A stretch of DNA of 64,000 nt from a virus, in the IMG/VR virus record IMGVR_UViG_2509276021_000001, positions 422-64,421 of that record; one strand, 5' to 3'. The notes beneath the pieces were generated by a model, which was not told the origin of the DNA, ran no database searches, and saw only the letters and a list, made by a program, of their open reading frames with translations. Positions 46,438-54,410 of the stretch are shown here, piece after piece; position 1 is the first letter of the stretch; every line of letters starts with the position of its first letter. A program made the translations under genes and the position numbers.

Positions 46438-47319
46438 ATGAACATGATTTATGCCCCGAATACGGCTCGCTTCGACCACACCGCGCGCGCCATGACCGAA
46501 GACGAGATGCGCCGTGTCGCGCCTTCAATCTTCGCGGTCGATGCCCACGAAAGCCGGTCGGAGCGGTTTCAGCCAATCCCCACGATCGACGTGCTTCGTG
46601 GGCTTTTGCGCGAAGGCTTCATGCCGGTAGGCGCTCGCCAGGCTCGCACCCGCGACGAAGGCCGCAAGGATTTCACCAAGCACATGATCAGGATGCGCCG
46701 CCTCGACGACGGCAAGGATTACACCGTCGGCGATACGGTTTTCGAGATCATCCTGAAAAACGCCAATGACGGAACCGCCGCCTATGATCTTATGGCCGGC
46801 CTCTTCCGCATCGTGTGCAAAAATTCGCTGGTCAGTCAGACCGGCACCTTGGACAGCCTGAAAGTGCGCCACAGCGGCACGCCTGAATCAGTACAGAGCA
46901 AGGTGATCGAGGGCACATACGAAGTCTTGCGAAACTCGGAGGCCGCGCTTGCTGCGCCCTCCGATTGGAGCCGGATCCAGCTCGACAAAGACGAGAAGAT
47001 GATCATCGCCGAGGCGGCGCATGTGCTGCGCTTCGACGATCAGGATAGCAACCTCGCCCAAGCGATCGATCCTTCGCGGTTCCTCACCACGAAGCGCGTG
47101 GCCGACCGATCCAATGACCTTTGGACACAGTTCAATGTGGTCCAGGAAAACATCATTCGCGGCGGCTTGCACGGCACCACCCGTGACGATCAGGGCCGCC
47201 GCCGCAACGTTTCCACGCGCGCCGTCAAAGGTATCGACCAAGACGTCAAGCTCAACAAAGCGCTGTGGCTGGTGGCCAGCCGTATGGCCGAACTCAAAGG
47301 CGTCAAGGCCGACGCCTGA
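46438..47319 (+). CDS. DUF932 (YfjQ/YafZ-like) protein
   Basis: APSIFA...HESRSERF..IPTIDVL, FTKHMIRMR, NANDGT.AY.LMAGLFRIVC.N, LW..FNVVQEN.IRGG motifs. Confidence 0.9.
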   Translation: MNMIYAPNTARFDHTARAMTEDEMRRVAPSIFAVDAHESRSERFQPIPTIDVLRGLLREGFMPVGARQARTRDEGRKDFTKHMIRMRRLDDGKDYTVGDTVFEIILKNANDGTAAYDLMAGLFRIVCKNSLVSQTGTLDSLKVRHSGTPESVQSKVIEGTYEVLRNSEAALAAPSDWSRIQLDKDEKMIIAEAAHVLRFDDQDSNLAQAIDPSRFLTTKRVADRSNDLWTQFNVVQENIIRGGLHGTTRDDQGRRRNVSTRAVKGIDQDVKLNKALWLVASRMAELKGVKADA

Positions 47320-47330
47320 ACCTCGCACGT

Positions 47331-47360
47331 AGCCCGGCCTCGAGCCGGGCTTTTGCTTTT
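47331..47360 (+). terminator. Intrinsic terminator
   Basis: AGCCCGGC-CTCGA-GCCGGGCT-TTTGCTTTT; stem identical to that at 46384. Confidence 0.8.
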
Positions 47361-47381
47361 CATCCCATTGGAGAAACGGCA

Positions 47382-47567
47382 ATGCCAAGTCAGCATTCCA
47401 GCCGCATGCGCTTGCCAGCTGATTGGGAAACAGCCCGCCAGCGCCAGCAGCGCCAAGCCGCCGATGAACTGGCGGCATATCTCGCCCGTGCAGCCCTGCT
47501 GCGCGCCCGCATCGCCACCGCAAGAATTCTAATCTCCGAGCCGGTCACCCCTCCATCCGGCCGGTGA
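47382..47567 (+). CDS. 61-aa helical hypothetical protein
   Basis: GGAGA RBS before ATG 47382. Confidence 0.5.
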   Translation: MPSQHSSRMRLPADWETARQRQQRQAADELAAYLARAALLRARIATARILISEPVTPPSGR

Positions 47568-47659
47568 GCGCAAGCAAGTCCCCCATGTCGCTTGCGCGGC
47601 CGCACGCTCCTGCCCTGGCGTGCGGCCTTCCGGCGACATGAGCCCTGAGAGGAATCCCA

Positions 47660-47758
47660 ATGTTGAGTTTCAAGGATTCGCTCGCCTTCGTGGCGATCTG
47701 CGTTTTCGTCACCACCGTTTCAATCTGGGGGTCCGTCATCGCGGCCCTCATCCACTAA
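47660..47758 (+). CDS. 32-aa hydrophobic peptide (absent from the ORF track)
   Basis: GAGAGGA RBS; MLSFKDSLAFVAICVFVTTVSIWGSVIAALIH. Confidence 0.6.
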   Translation: MLSFKDSLAFVAICVFVTTVSIWGSVIAALIH

Positions 47759-47774
47759 GCGAGGATATTTAAAC

Positions 47775-48098
47775 ATGATCACCAGAGAACGCGCCGCCAG
47801 CGTAGACAATTTTGTTCGCCAGTTCGCCACGGGTCGCGAGCATCAAGGCGCCGACAAGATCGCCGCCGAGATCATCGGCAGCATCCTGCATTGGGTTATG
47901 CGCAATGCTGAAATGGTCGGCGAGGATGGCCGAAAGCCTGCCCTGGGCGTCGCCCGGGTCGGCCTTTCTTCGTTCATTAGCGACGTGCACCGCATCGAGG
48001 GCGACCCAAAGGCTCCTGAGACCTACACCCTCATAACAGTCCGGACCGAAGAAGGCCTTTGGGTGTCCGAAACCGGCCATGAGGAGATGGTGGAGTAA
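47775..48098 (+). CDS. Hypothetical protein
   Basis: GAGGA RBS, phage-like codon usage. Confidence 0.7.
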   Translation: MITRERAASVDNFVRQFATGREHQGADKIAAEIIGSILHWVMRNAEMVGEDGRKPALGVARVGLSSFISDVHRIEGDPKAPETYTLITVRTEEGLWVSETGHEEMVE

Positions 48099-48127
48099 AT
48101 TCAGTGATAAGGTGGTAGAAGTCAGAA

Positions 48128-49066
48128 TTAGTTATTGGACCAATCCTTCTGCGTAAGCGCAACGTTTTGCACACCGGGCAAGCTCCAGAATACCGTCTCA
48201 TAATCTTTCTGGTCAAAGAGCCACTGCCCGTAACGATCATACGAGGTTGAACTCCCGATGACCTCCAAACTAATCGCAGGACGAGCCTTATCGCCAAGTT
48301 TCTTGTAGTCGGTCTCTGGGATTATGATCCAAATGGTGGCACGGGGGCTGCCGAAAGAGCAAGAGGTAGCACCACACGTATTGAGGCGAAACCCCCTAGA
48401 CTGCAGGTGCTCTTTGATAAATGCCGGGAACCTTCCCTCCGCCCGTATTCGCGGAAGCATCTCGGGGGGAACTTCCATCGTGATTGTCCAACGATAGCCA
48501 TCCCTCTGCGAGAAGATATCGTTTTTGCCGCCGAACGCTGGGTATGCGTTAACAGACCAAATGTCCCGTTTGGTTTCTTGCCAAAGTGCAGTCGATAGTT
48601 TGTTCCATCTGGTCGCGTCGGAGGTGCTCGTGCTTAGAATCACGTATGTTATGCTCATCATGCTTTGAATGCAGCGCACCTGGATATCGAATTCGCCGTC
48701 TGAATAATTCGCGACGGAATCGCGAACGTTGGACATGTTCAGGGATTCGGTTTCAGTGTGACCGACGTCATAGGGAACCTCCTCCCAATCTTTGATCAGC
48801 TTGAAATTCTTGTTTGCTAACCACGACTTCATGTGTCCGGCGCATGCTTCTGAACTGAGGAACGGCAACGGAGCCCATGCCGTTTGAATAACCTCTTCCG
48901 TCGCGTACCAATTTGCAATGCGGTGGGTCCCTAATCCTAAGAAATATACGGCTGTGGCGGCAGCAACACCGACGACAATTCGGAAAATGGTATGCTTTAA
49001 GAGGAGACGAAAATTTGTGAAATATTTCCACATTATTGGAGGTTCCGGTTCAGAAGAATCCATCAT
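48128..49066 (-). CDS. Membrane-anchored, probably periplasmic, hypothetical protein (moron)
   Basis: N-terminal TM, four Cys, visibly lower GC; antisense to the flanking operon. Confidence 0.7.
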   Translation of the reverse strand: MMDSSEPEPPIMWKYFTNFRLLLKHTIFRIVVGVAAATAVYFLGLGTHRIANWYATEEVIQTAWAPLPFLSSEACAGHMKSWLANKNFKLIKDWEEVPYDVGHTETESLNMSNVRDSVANYSDGEFDIQVRCIQSMMSITYVILSTSTSDATRWNKLSTALWQETKRDIWSVNAYPAFGGKNDIFSQRDGYRWTITMEVPPEMLPRIRAEGRFPAFIKEHLQSRGFRLNTCGATSCSFGSPRATIWIIIPETDYKKLGDKARPAISLEVIGSSTSYDRYGQWLFDQKDYETVFWSLPGVQNVALTQKDWSNN

Positions 49067-49100
49067 ATTGGGAACTAAGGTCAGCGTGCAACGCCCAAGG

Positions 49101-49718
49101 TCAGTGGTATTGGCACTGTCCCATGAAAAGCTTCACCGGCCCCCCGCTGCGATCCATCAGTTGGTTTCCGTCGAGCCTGTAATCTGAACCTTGCTCACCG
49201 CCCCATTCGTATATGTACCTCTCGCCCGATTTCCCAGCCATTAGCCTGTCCGGGCTGATCCTCACAACGATCGCGTCGAATTGCTTGCTTCCGCGTCGAA
49301 TATCGATTTTGCGACCGTCTGAGAATGAGCACTGAACGATGATCGGTAGTTTAGGAAAATCGCTGGCCAGCTCTGCCTTCTCCGCGATCTCAGCGGCAGC
49401 AACCCTTTTTTTCTGCAGTACCGCGAGCTCCTGCTGAAAGCAGTCCTGGATCGCTGCGAAATCGTACTCACTTGCTACAGCACTCCTGCAGGCTTGATAT
49501 GCCGCTTCGAGCTCGACATCGCCCCTTGGTGGGCGCAGCGATTGCAGGGCATGACGTTGCAGACCGATGCAATCATCCTGGCCCGGCCAGTCGTCGGGAT
49601 TGCGCTGCTCGCATAGCGTGGAGATCTGACGATCTACAGTATCTCGGTCCCACGCATTCGCGTGGCCGGAGGTGGTGGCAATCAAGGCAAGAGCGATTAA
49701 GGGTAGCAATCCGCGCAT
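49101..49718 (-). CDS. Exported Cys-containing hypothetical protein (moron)
   Basis: Start moved to MRGLLP; signal peptide ending HANA; helical Cys-paired domain plus a beta domain. Confidence 0.7.
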   Translation of the reverse strand: MRGLLPLIALALIATTSGHANAWDRDTVDRQISTLCEQRNPDDWPGQDDCIGLQRHALQSLRPPRGDVELEAAYQACRSAVASEYDFAAIQDCFQQELAVLQKKRVAAAEIAEKAELASDFPKLPIIVQCSFSDGRKIDIRRGSKQFDAIVVRISPDRLMAGKSGERYIYEWGGEQGSDYRLDGNQLMDRSGGPVKLFMGQCQYH

Positions 49719-49851
49719 GTTGATTCCGCTAAACTCGATGTTGAGAGCCCAATATGCCAGCTTGGGAGTAGTGGCAACGGCAATGCCGGGAAGTTCAATG
49801 GCCAAACCTAAATTGCGAATGGCACGGAATTATACTTCCTATCAGAAACAA

Positions 49852-50748
49852 TCAGAAAATTGTCGAGAAGATCGACTTCACTCCCGATACGACGAGGCTG
49901 GTGACAATGCCGCCCAACAGAAGCCTGTGACGCGTTGCGCTGTCCTTGTTTTCTTCCAAAACATTTACCGGAAAGGCCCATTTCAGATACCCGAATAGCG
50001 CGCGGTAGGTGATCAGGCTTAAGATCAAGCCATAGATATAAAAGGCAATGCGAAAGCTTGAATGGGGGCTGGTAGGTGGCAGTAGATAGTCACAGTAGAC
50101 GGTCACCCAATAGAGGGCATAGGGGAATGCAACGAACCACAGCCCGACATCGTAGGCGAATTTCCAATGAATGAAGCTGTCCCATTTCTTCTTCGAAAGT
50201 ATTTTGTTTGTTACGATCCTTTGTATTGCCCTGAAAAAAGTCACATCGTCGGAATGGATTTCCATGCGGCTATTATTAACGGTTGGCTCCGAAAGCACGG
50301 CGCTTGCGTCGAACAACGGCGGTTTATCGAAGCTCATCCATATGGAGAACCGGTTTCGAGGTTCGTTGTCATTTGCGTTGCGCCTAAAGGCGGTTGTGTT
50401 CGTGAAGAAAACGGTTCGGATAGGGAACGGCAAGTCCTTAGAATCAAAGATGCTCTCTGTCTCGCCATAGGCTGTTTCGCCATCAACGCCCATTACCGAC
50501 ACAGTCAAGCGGAACGCGTCGCCCTTTAAGAACGCGACTCTTGTCGACCATTCTTCATCGGAGAGATCCTTGGGCTTGACCAAAGCGTTTACTAACGGCT
50601 CGCCCGCCTTGCGATTCAGGGCAGAGAGCTCGCGATATGCTGCTTTAATTTGCGGCAGGCTCAGATGGCACCCGCGAATTTCAATGACATCCTCATACCA
50701 CTGAAGGTCAGAGGTCGTTTTCTCTTTGGCTAATTCATCATCTGGCAT
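49852..50748 (-). CDS. Protein with soluble N-terminal domain and C-terminal TM helices (moron)
   Basis: GAGGA RBS; two to three hydrophobic helices after residue 195; lower GC. Confidence 0.75.
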   Translation of the reverse strand: MPDDELAKEKTTSDLQWYEDVIEIRGCHLSLPQIKAAYRELSALNRKAGEPLVNALVKPKDLSDEEWSTRVAFLKGDAFRLTVSVMGVDGETAYGETESIFDSKDLPFPIRTVFFTNTTAFRRNANDNEPRNRFSIWMSFDKPPLFDASAVLSEPTVNNSRMEIHSDDVTFFRAIQRIVTNKILSKKKWDSFIHWKFAYDVGLWFVAFPYALYWVTVYCDYLLPPTSPHSSFRIAFYIYGLILSLITYRALFGYLKWAFPVNVLEENKDSATRHRLLLGGIVTSLVVSGVKSIFSTIF

Positions 50749-50855
50749 GTTGGACCGTCCTCACATCGCGCGGTGAAGTTGTAGCTGATTCGCAGATAGC
50801 TATTCGTCCGCGACATTTTTGATCCCCTGAAAAGAACTATGAAGAGAGCGATCGA

Positions 50856-51161
50856 ATGAGAACAAGTTTCCCATGGTTTCGGCATGGCCGGATCCTCGTC
50901 GGCGCGAAGAACGGCGTACCCGATCTCAAGCGGTTGGTGGCCACGTTCGTCAACGAAGACGACGCAAAGACGATCTCTGATCTCCTCGCCATGCGCGACG
51001 AGCTGCTCACCACGCTTCGTGTTGATCTACAATTGCTCGAAGACGAGCTGAAGAATCTGCGCTTCTCCGGCGTGCCTCAATACATCGAACCGGTGGAGAC
51101 GGCCGTAAAAAGGACGATAAAGGCGATCGCTCTGGCTGAAGGCTGGGGCTCCGCCCCTTAA
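50856..51161 (+). CDS. Hypothetical protein with coiled coil
   Basis: GAGAG RBS; VATFVNEDDA...LLAMRDELL. Confidence 0.6.
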   Translation: MRTSFPWFRHGRILVGAKNGVPDLKRLVATFVNEDDAKTISDLLAMRDELLTTLRVDLQLLEDELKNLRFSGVPQYIEPVETAVKRTIKAIALAEGWGSAP

Positions 51162-51619
51162 AGTCGTCTGACTGGATCCAACACGAAATTCCTCTGAACC
51201 CCGTACGTTTCAGCCAATCGATATCCCATGAGGCGGTACCATCGCTCGATCTCAGGATGCACACCATAACACATCGAGACAACGGGGAGATTATCGAACT
51301 CAGTCTGCATCTTGCGCATAAATTTTCGGCCGAACCGCACAGAAGGGACGGCGGGGTCGAAAAATTTTGCTTTGCCGACGAAGAACGTTGCCAAGACCGG
51401 CACCCCGACGTCGATCTCGTCCCTCTGGAAACCAATCAGCCCAATTGGCTCACCATGAAAATCTAACGCCCAGAGATTCCCCAACTTCCAGATGCCGCGG
51501 AACGCCTCTTTCGCTTCCGCCAAGGTGTAATCGGCCAGATCAATCTCCTCGATGCACCGCTGCGCGAGATTGCCAAACACTGTTCTCAAATCCTGCGGTT
51601 TGGCTTTCCGAACCTGCAT
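51158..51619 (-). CDS. GNAT-fold protein (T7 gp13/DUF2833-like pattern)
   Basis: VRKAKPQD, GEPIGLIG, HPEIERWYRLMGY (acetyl-CoA-site helix); start moved to 51619. Confidence 0.6.
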   Translation of the reverse strand: MQVRKAKPQDLRTVFGNLAQRCIEEIDLADYTLAEAKEAFRGIWKLGNLWALDFHGEPIGLIGFQRDEIDVGVPVLATFFVGKAKFFDPAVPSVRFGRKFMRKMQTEFDNLPVVSMCYGVHPEIERWYRLMGYRLAETYGVQRNFVLDPVRRL

Positions 51620-51705
51620 CAGAGTCCCCTGTTCACTCAGATTGCTTAGCAGCGCTGCGATAGCTCTACCAGCGCTCAATCGCGGCAGTTGCGAAACGAG
51701 GTAAC

Positions 51706-52494
51706 GTGACCCGCCAAAATATCGTGAATATCTTGAAGCTCTTTCAGTCGTGCCGATATCGGCACGACCTTTATACCGTTTTCTCCGATTGGTGCGAGTG
51801 TGCCGCAATATCCATCAGCAGTTCGATGGACGTCAGGCAACGGGAGAAGCGCGAAGCCCGTTATATGAAAATCATTGGCCGCTATGAGCGCGAGGTGGTC
51901 GAGACGTTCCCGAAGATCCTCGGCGAAGTGGTCATGGCGCTTGAGACAGCGCCCCAAGACGTCCTCGGCAGCACGTTCCACGAGCTGGAGCTGCACAACA
52001 AGGCGCGCGGACAGTTCTTCACGCCGTACGCCCTGTGCCAGACGATGGCACTTATGACCATCAGTGGCGATGATCTGCATAAGAACATCGAAGAGCGCGG
52101 CTACATCACGGCGCACGAGCCGGCCGTCGGCGCCGGCGCCACCATCATCGCGCTCGCTGAAGCGCTGAAGGATGCCGGCATAAACTACCAGCAGCATCTG
52201 CATGTGAAGGCGGTCGATATCGACCCACGTGCCGTGCACATGGCCTATGTCCAGTTCTCGCTGTTGCATATCCCAGCACAAGCGATCGTCGGCGATACGC
52301 TCCGGCTCGAATTCCGCGAGGACTGGTTCACTCCGGCCCACGTCATGGGGTTCTGGTCGGGGCGGCTCGCCGCCGATCGGCGCCGGCAGCAGATGCCCAT
52401 CGAGGTGCCAGTCGCCGAAGCTCCACCACCCGAGATCGCCAAGCCTCCTCCCCGATCGGCCATGGGCCTACCTCTTTTCGATTTCGGTCAGTGA
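51706..52494 (+). CDS. HsdM-like (N-6 DNA methylase family) protein lacking motif IV
   Basis: GQFFTP, HEPAVGAG (motif I), VDID, GDTL present; no NPPY/F-like motif follows. Confidence 0.8.
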   Translation: MTRQNIVNILKLFQSCRYRHDLYTVFSDWCECAAISISSSMDVRQREKREARYMKIIGRYEREVVETFPKILGEVVMALETAPQDVLGSTFHELELHNKARGQFFTPYALCQTMALMTISGDDLHKNIEERGYITAHEPAVGAGATIIALAEALKDAGINYQQHLHVKAVDIDPRAVHMAYVQFSLLHIPAQAIVGDTLRLEFREDWFTPAHVMGFWSGRLAADRRRQQMPIEVPVAEAPPPEIAKPPPRSAMGLPLFDFGQ

Positions 52495-52503
52495 CCGATC
52501 CAC

Positions 52504-52526
52504 CCGCCGCCGACAGGCGGTTTTTT
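52504..52526 (+). terminator. Intrinsic terminator
   Basis: CCGCC-GCCGACA-GGCGG-TTTTTT. Confidence 0.7.
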
Positions 52527-52549
52527 ATGCCAACCTCAGGAGAACCCGC

Positions 52550-53734
52550 ATGCAATCCGATAACATCGTCCAGCTTTTCACCTCTGGAAACCCTTCCGCG
52601 CTCATCGAGCGCACCGAGTTGACCGAATGCACCGCGCTGCTCGCCAAGCTGTGCAGCGGCAAGCAATCCATGCCCATCCTCAACCATATCCGCTTCGCCT
52701 CCGAACAGGGCGGCGTGGCGCTGACGGCGACGAACCTCGATATCCAGGCGGAGACGTCGATTGCCGCCGACGTCGATGCCCGCTTCTCGGCCGCCCTGCC
52801 CGCCGCCGCGCTGCTCAAGCTGATGAAGAAAGGCACGACCAGCACGACCACCATCCTTGAGCTGCTCGCGGACGAAGCTGATCCGGATGCCGATCGCATC
52901 GTCGCCAGCAAGTGCGCGATCCAGCTTGCCAGCACCAGGTTCGTTCTCGATGCCATGCCGACCGACGACTTTCCCGACCTGATCCGCCACGCTGAAGGCG
53001 ATAAGGTGCATCGCTTCTCGATCGGCAGTGCGATCCTCTGGAATGCCATCGATGGGACAGTCGACGCGGCCTCGACAGAACCGACGCGCTACTACCTGAA
53101 CGGCGTCTACATCCATACCCACAACAGTCACCTCCGCTTCGTCAGCACGGACGGCCACCGGCTCTATATCCAGGAGACCAATATCCAGACTGGAAAGCAC
53201 GAGATCGGCGCCATCCTACCGACCGAGGCGGCGAAGTTCGTTGCGAACCTGCTCGACGGCTACGCCGGCGCCGATCCGGTCAAGGTCGAAATCTCGAAGG
53301 GCGTTGCCGTGTTCATCTTCCGCGACGTCGCCGTCACCGCAAAGCTGATCGACGGTACGTTTCCGGATTACCAGCGCGTCATCCCTGCTGAGCCAGACAA
53401 GACGGCAACGATCGCCGGCGGTGATCTGTCGGCGCGCGTTGCCTCCCTCGTCGAATGCACGGGAGCGACAACCGTCCACCTGAAATTCGGTGGCGAGCAG
53501 CTCGTCATCAACGCAAGCGGCGCGTCTGGCGCCGGCACGACGGGAATGGATTGCGACTATCGGGGCGAGGAGCTGGAGATCGCATTCGACGCCGGCTACC
53601 TGCGCTCGGCAATCGAAGCGGCCAGCCCCGACGGCCGCAACATGCGGATCCGCATGGCCGACGCTCTCTCGCCCGCCATCGTGACCGGCTCGATCGGCGG
53701 ATGGTCCGGCGTCCTCATGCCGACCAAAGCCTAG
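52550..53734 (+). CDS. dnaN: Phage-encoded DNA polymerase III beta sliding clamp
   Basis: MPILNHI, LTATNLDI, DFP, TRYYLNGVY, VSTDGHRL, KLIDGTFPDYQRVIP, IAFDAGYL, VLMP; start ATG 52550 after AGGAG. Confidence 0.93.
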   Translation: MQSDNIVQLFTSGNPSALIERTELTECTALLAKLCSGKQSMPILNHIRFASEQGGVALTATNLDIQAETSIAADVDARFSAALPAAALLKLMKKGTTSTTTILELLADEADPDADRIVASKCAIQLASTRFVLDAMPTDDFPDLIRHAEGDKVHRFSIGSAILWNAIDGTVDAASTEPTRYYLNGVYIHTHNSHLRFVSTDGHRLYIQETNIQTGKHEIGAILPTEAAKFVANLLDGYAGADPVKVEISKGVAVFIFRDVAVTAKLIDGTFPDYQRVIPAEPDKTATIAGGDLSARVASLVECTGATTVHLKFGGEQLVINASGASGAGTTGMDCDYRGEELEIAFDAGYLRSAIEAASPDGRNMRIRMADALSPAIVTGSIGGWSGVLMPTKA

Positions 53735-53801
53735 TTCATCCGACCAACCCAACCACGGGCCGCCTCGCGCGGCCCTATTCTGTTCAAGAAGGAGAAGCTC
53801 T

Positions 53802-54410
53802 GTGAAGCCCAAGGATCCAGCATCCGCCGACGTCCGGGTCGGCATGAATATCCGCCAGCTGCGCCTGCGCAGCGGAATGAGCCAGGAAGCGCTTGCCGAT
53901 AAGATCGGCGTGACCTTCCAGCAGGTGCAGAAATACGAGAAGGGCGCGAACCGCGTCAGCGCCAGCCGCCTCGCGGCTGTCTTCGACGCTCCGATCGAAA
54001 CCCTATTCTCTGGCGCGACCGCCGATCTCGATAGCCCGGCCGATGCCCTGCCCGCAATGAGCCGAGATGCGCTGTCTGTCGCCCAGGACTTTGACGCGAT
54101 CGAGAACCCCGCCGTGCGGCTGACAATCCGCGGCTTGGTCAAATCGCTCAGCAAGCAGCCGCCCATGCAGCCTGATAGCGCCCGCCGCCGGCGGCGCTCG
54201 AGCCGCCCTTCCTTTCACCGCTACCCCGCTACCCAACTCAAGAGGTTTTACCGACATGGAACAACTGTCGCTCACTGCCGATCGGCTCGTGCTGGATCCG
54301 AACAACGCCCGCAAGATGCGGGACAAGGACTCGCTGGTTTCCCTCAAGGCGTCCATCCTCGCCCACGGCATCATCCAGCCGATCACCGTTCGGCCGCCCG
54401 CCGCGGCTGA
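53802..54410 (+). CDS. XRE-family HTH regulator, probably degenerate
   Basis: GMSQEALADKIGVTFQQVQKYEKGANRVSASRL; about 3 residues look deleted after SRL; the ORF runs 155 nt into parB past an out-of-frame TGATAG. Confidence 0.75.
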   Translation: MKPKDPASADVRVGMNIRQLRLRSGMSQEALADKIGVTFQQVQKYEKGANRVSASRLAAVFDAPIETLFSGATADLDSPADALPAMSRDALSVAQDFDAIENPAVRLTIRGLVKSLSKQPPMQPDSARRRRRSSRPSFHRYPATQLKRFYRHGTTVAHCRSARAGSEQRPQDAGQGLAGFPQGVHPRPRHHPADHRSAARRG

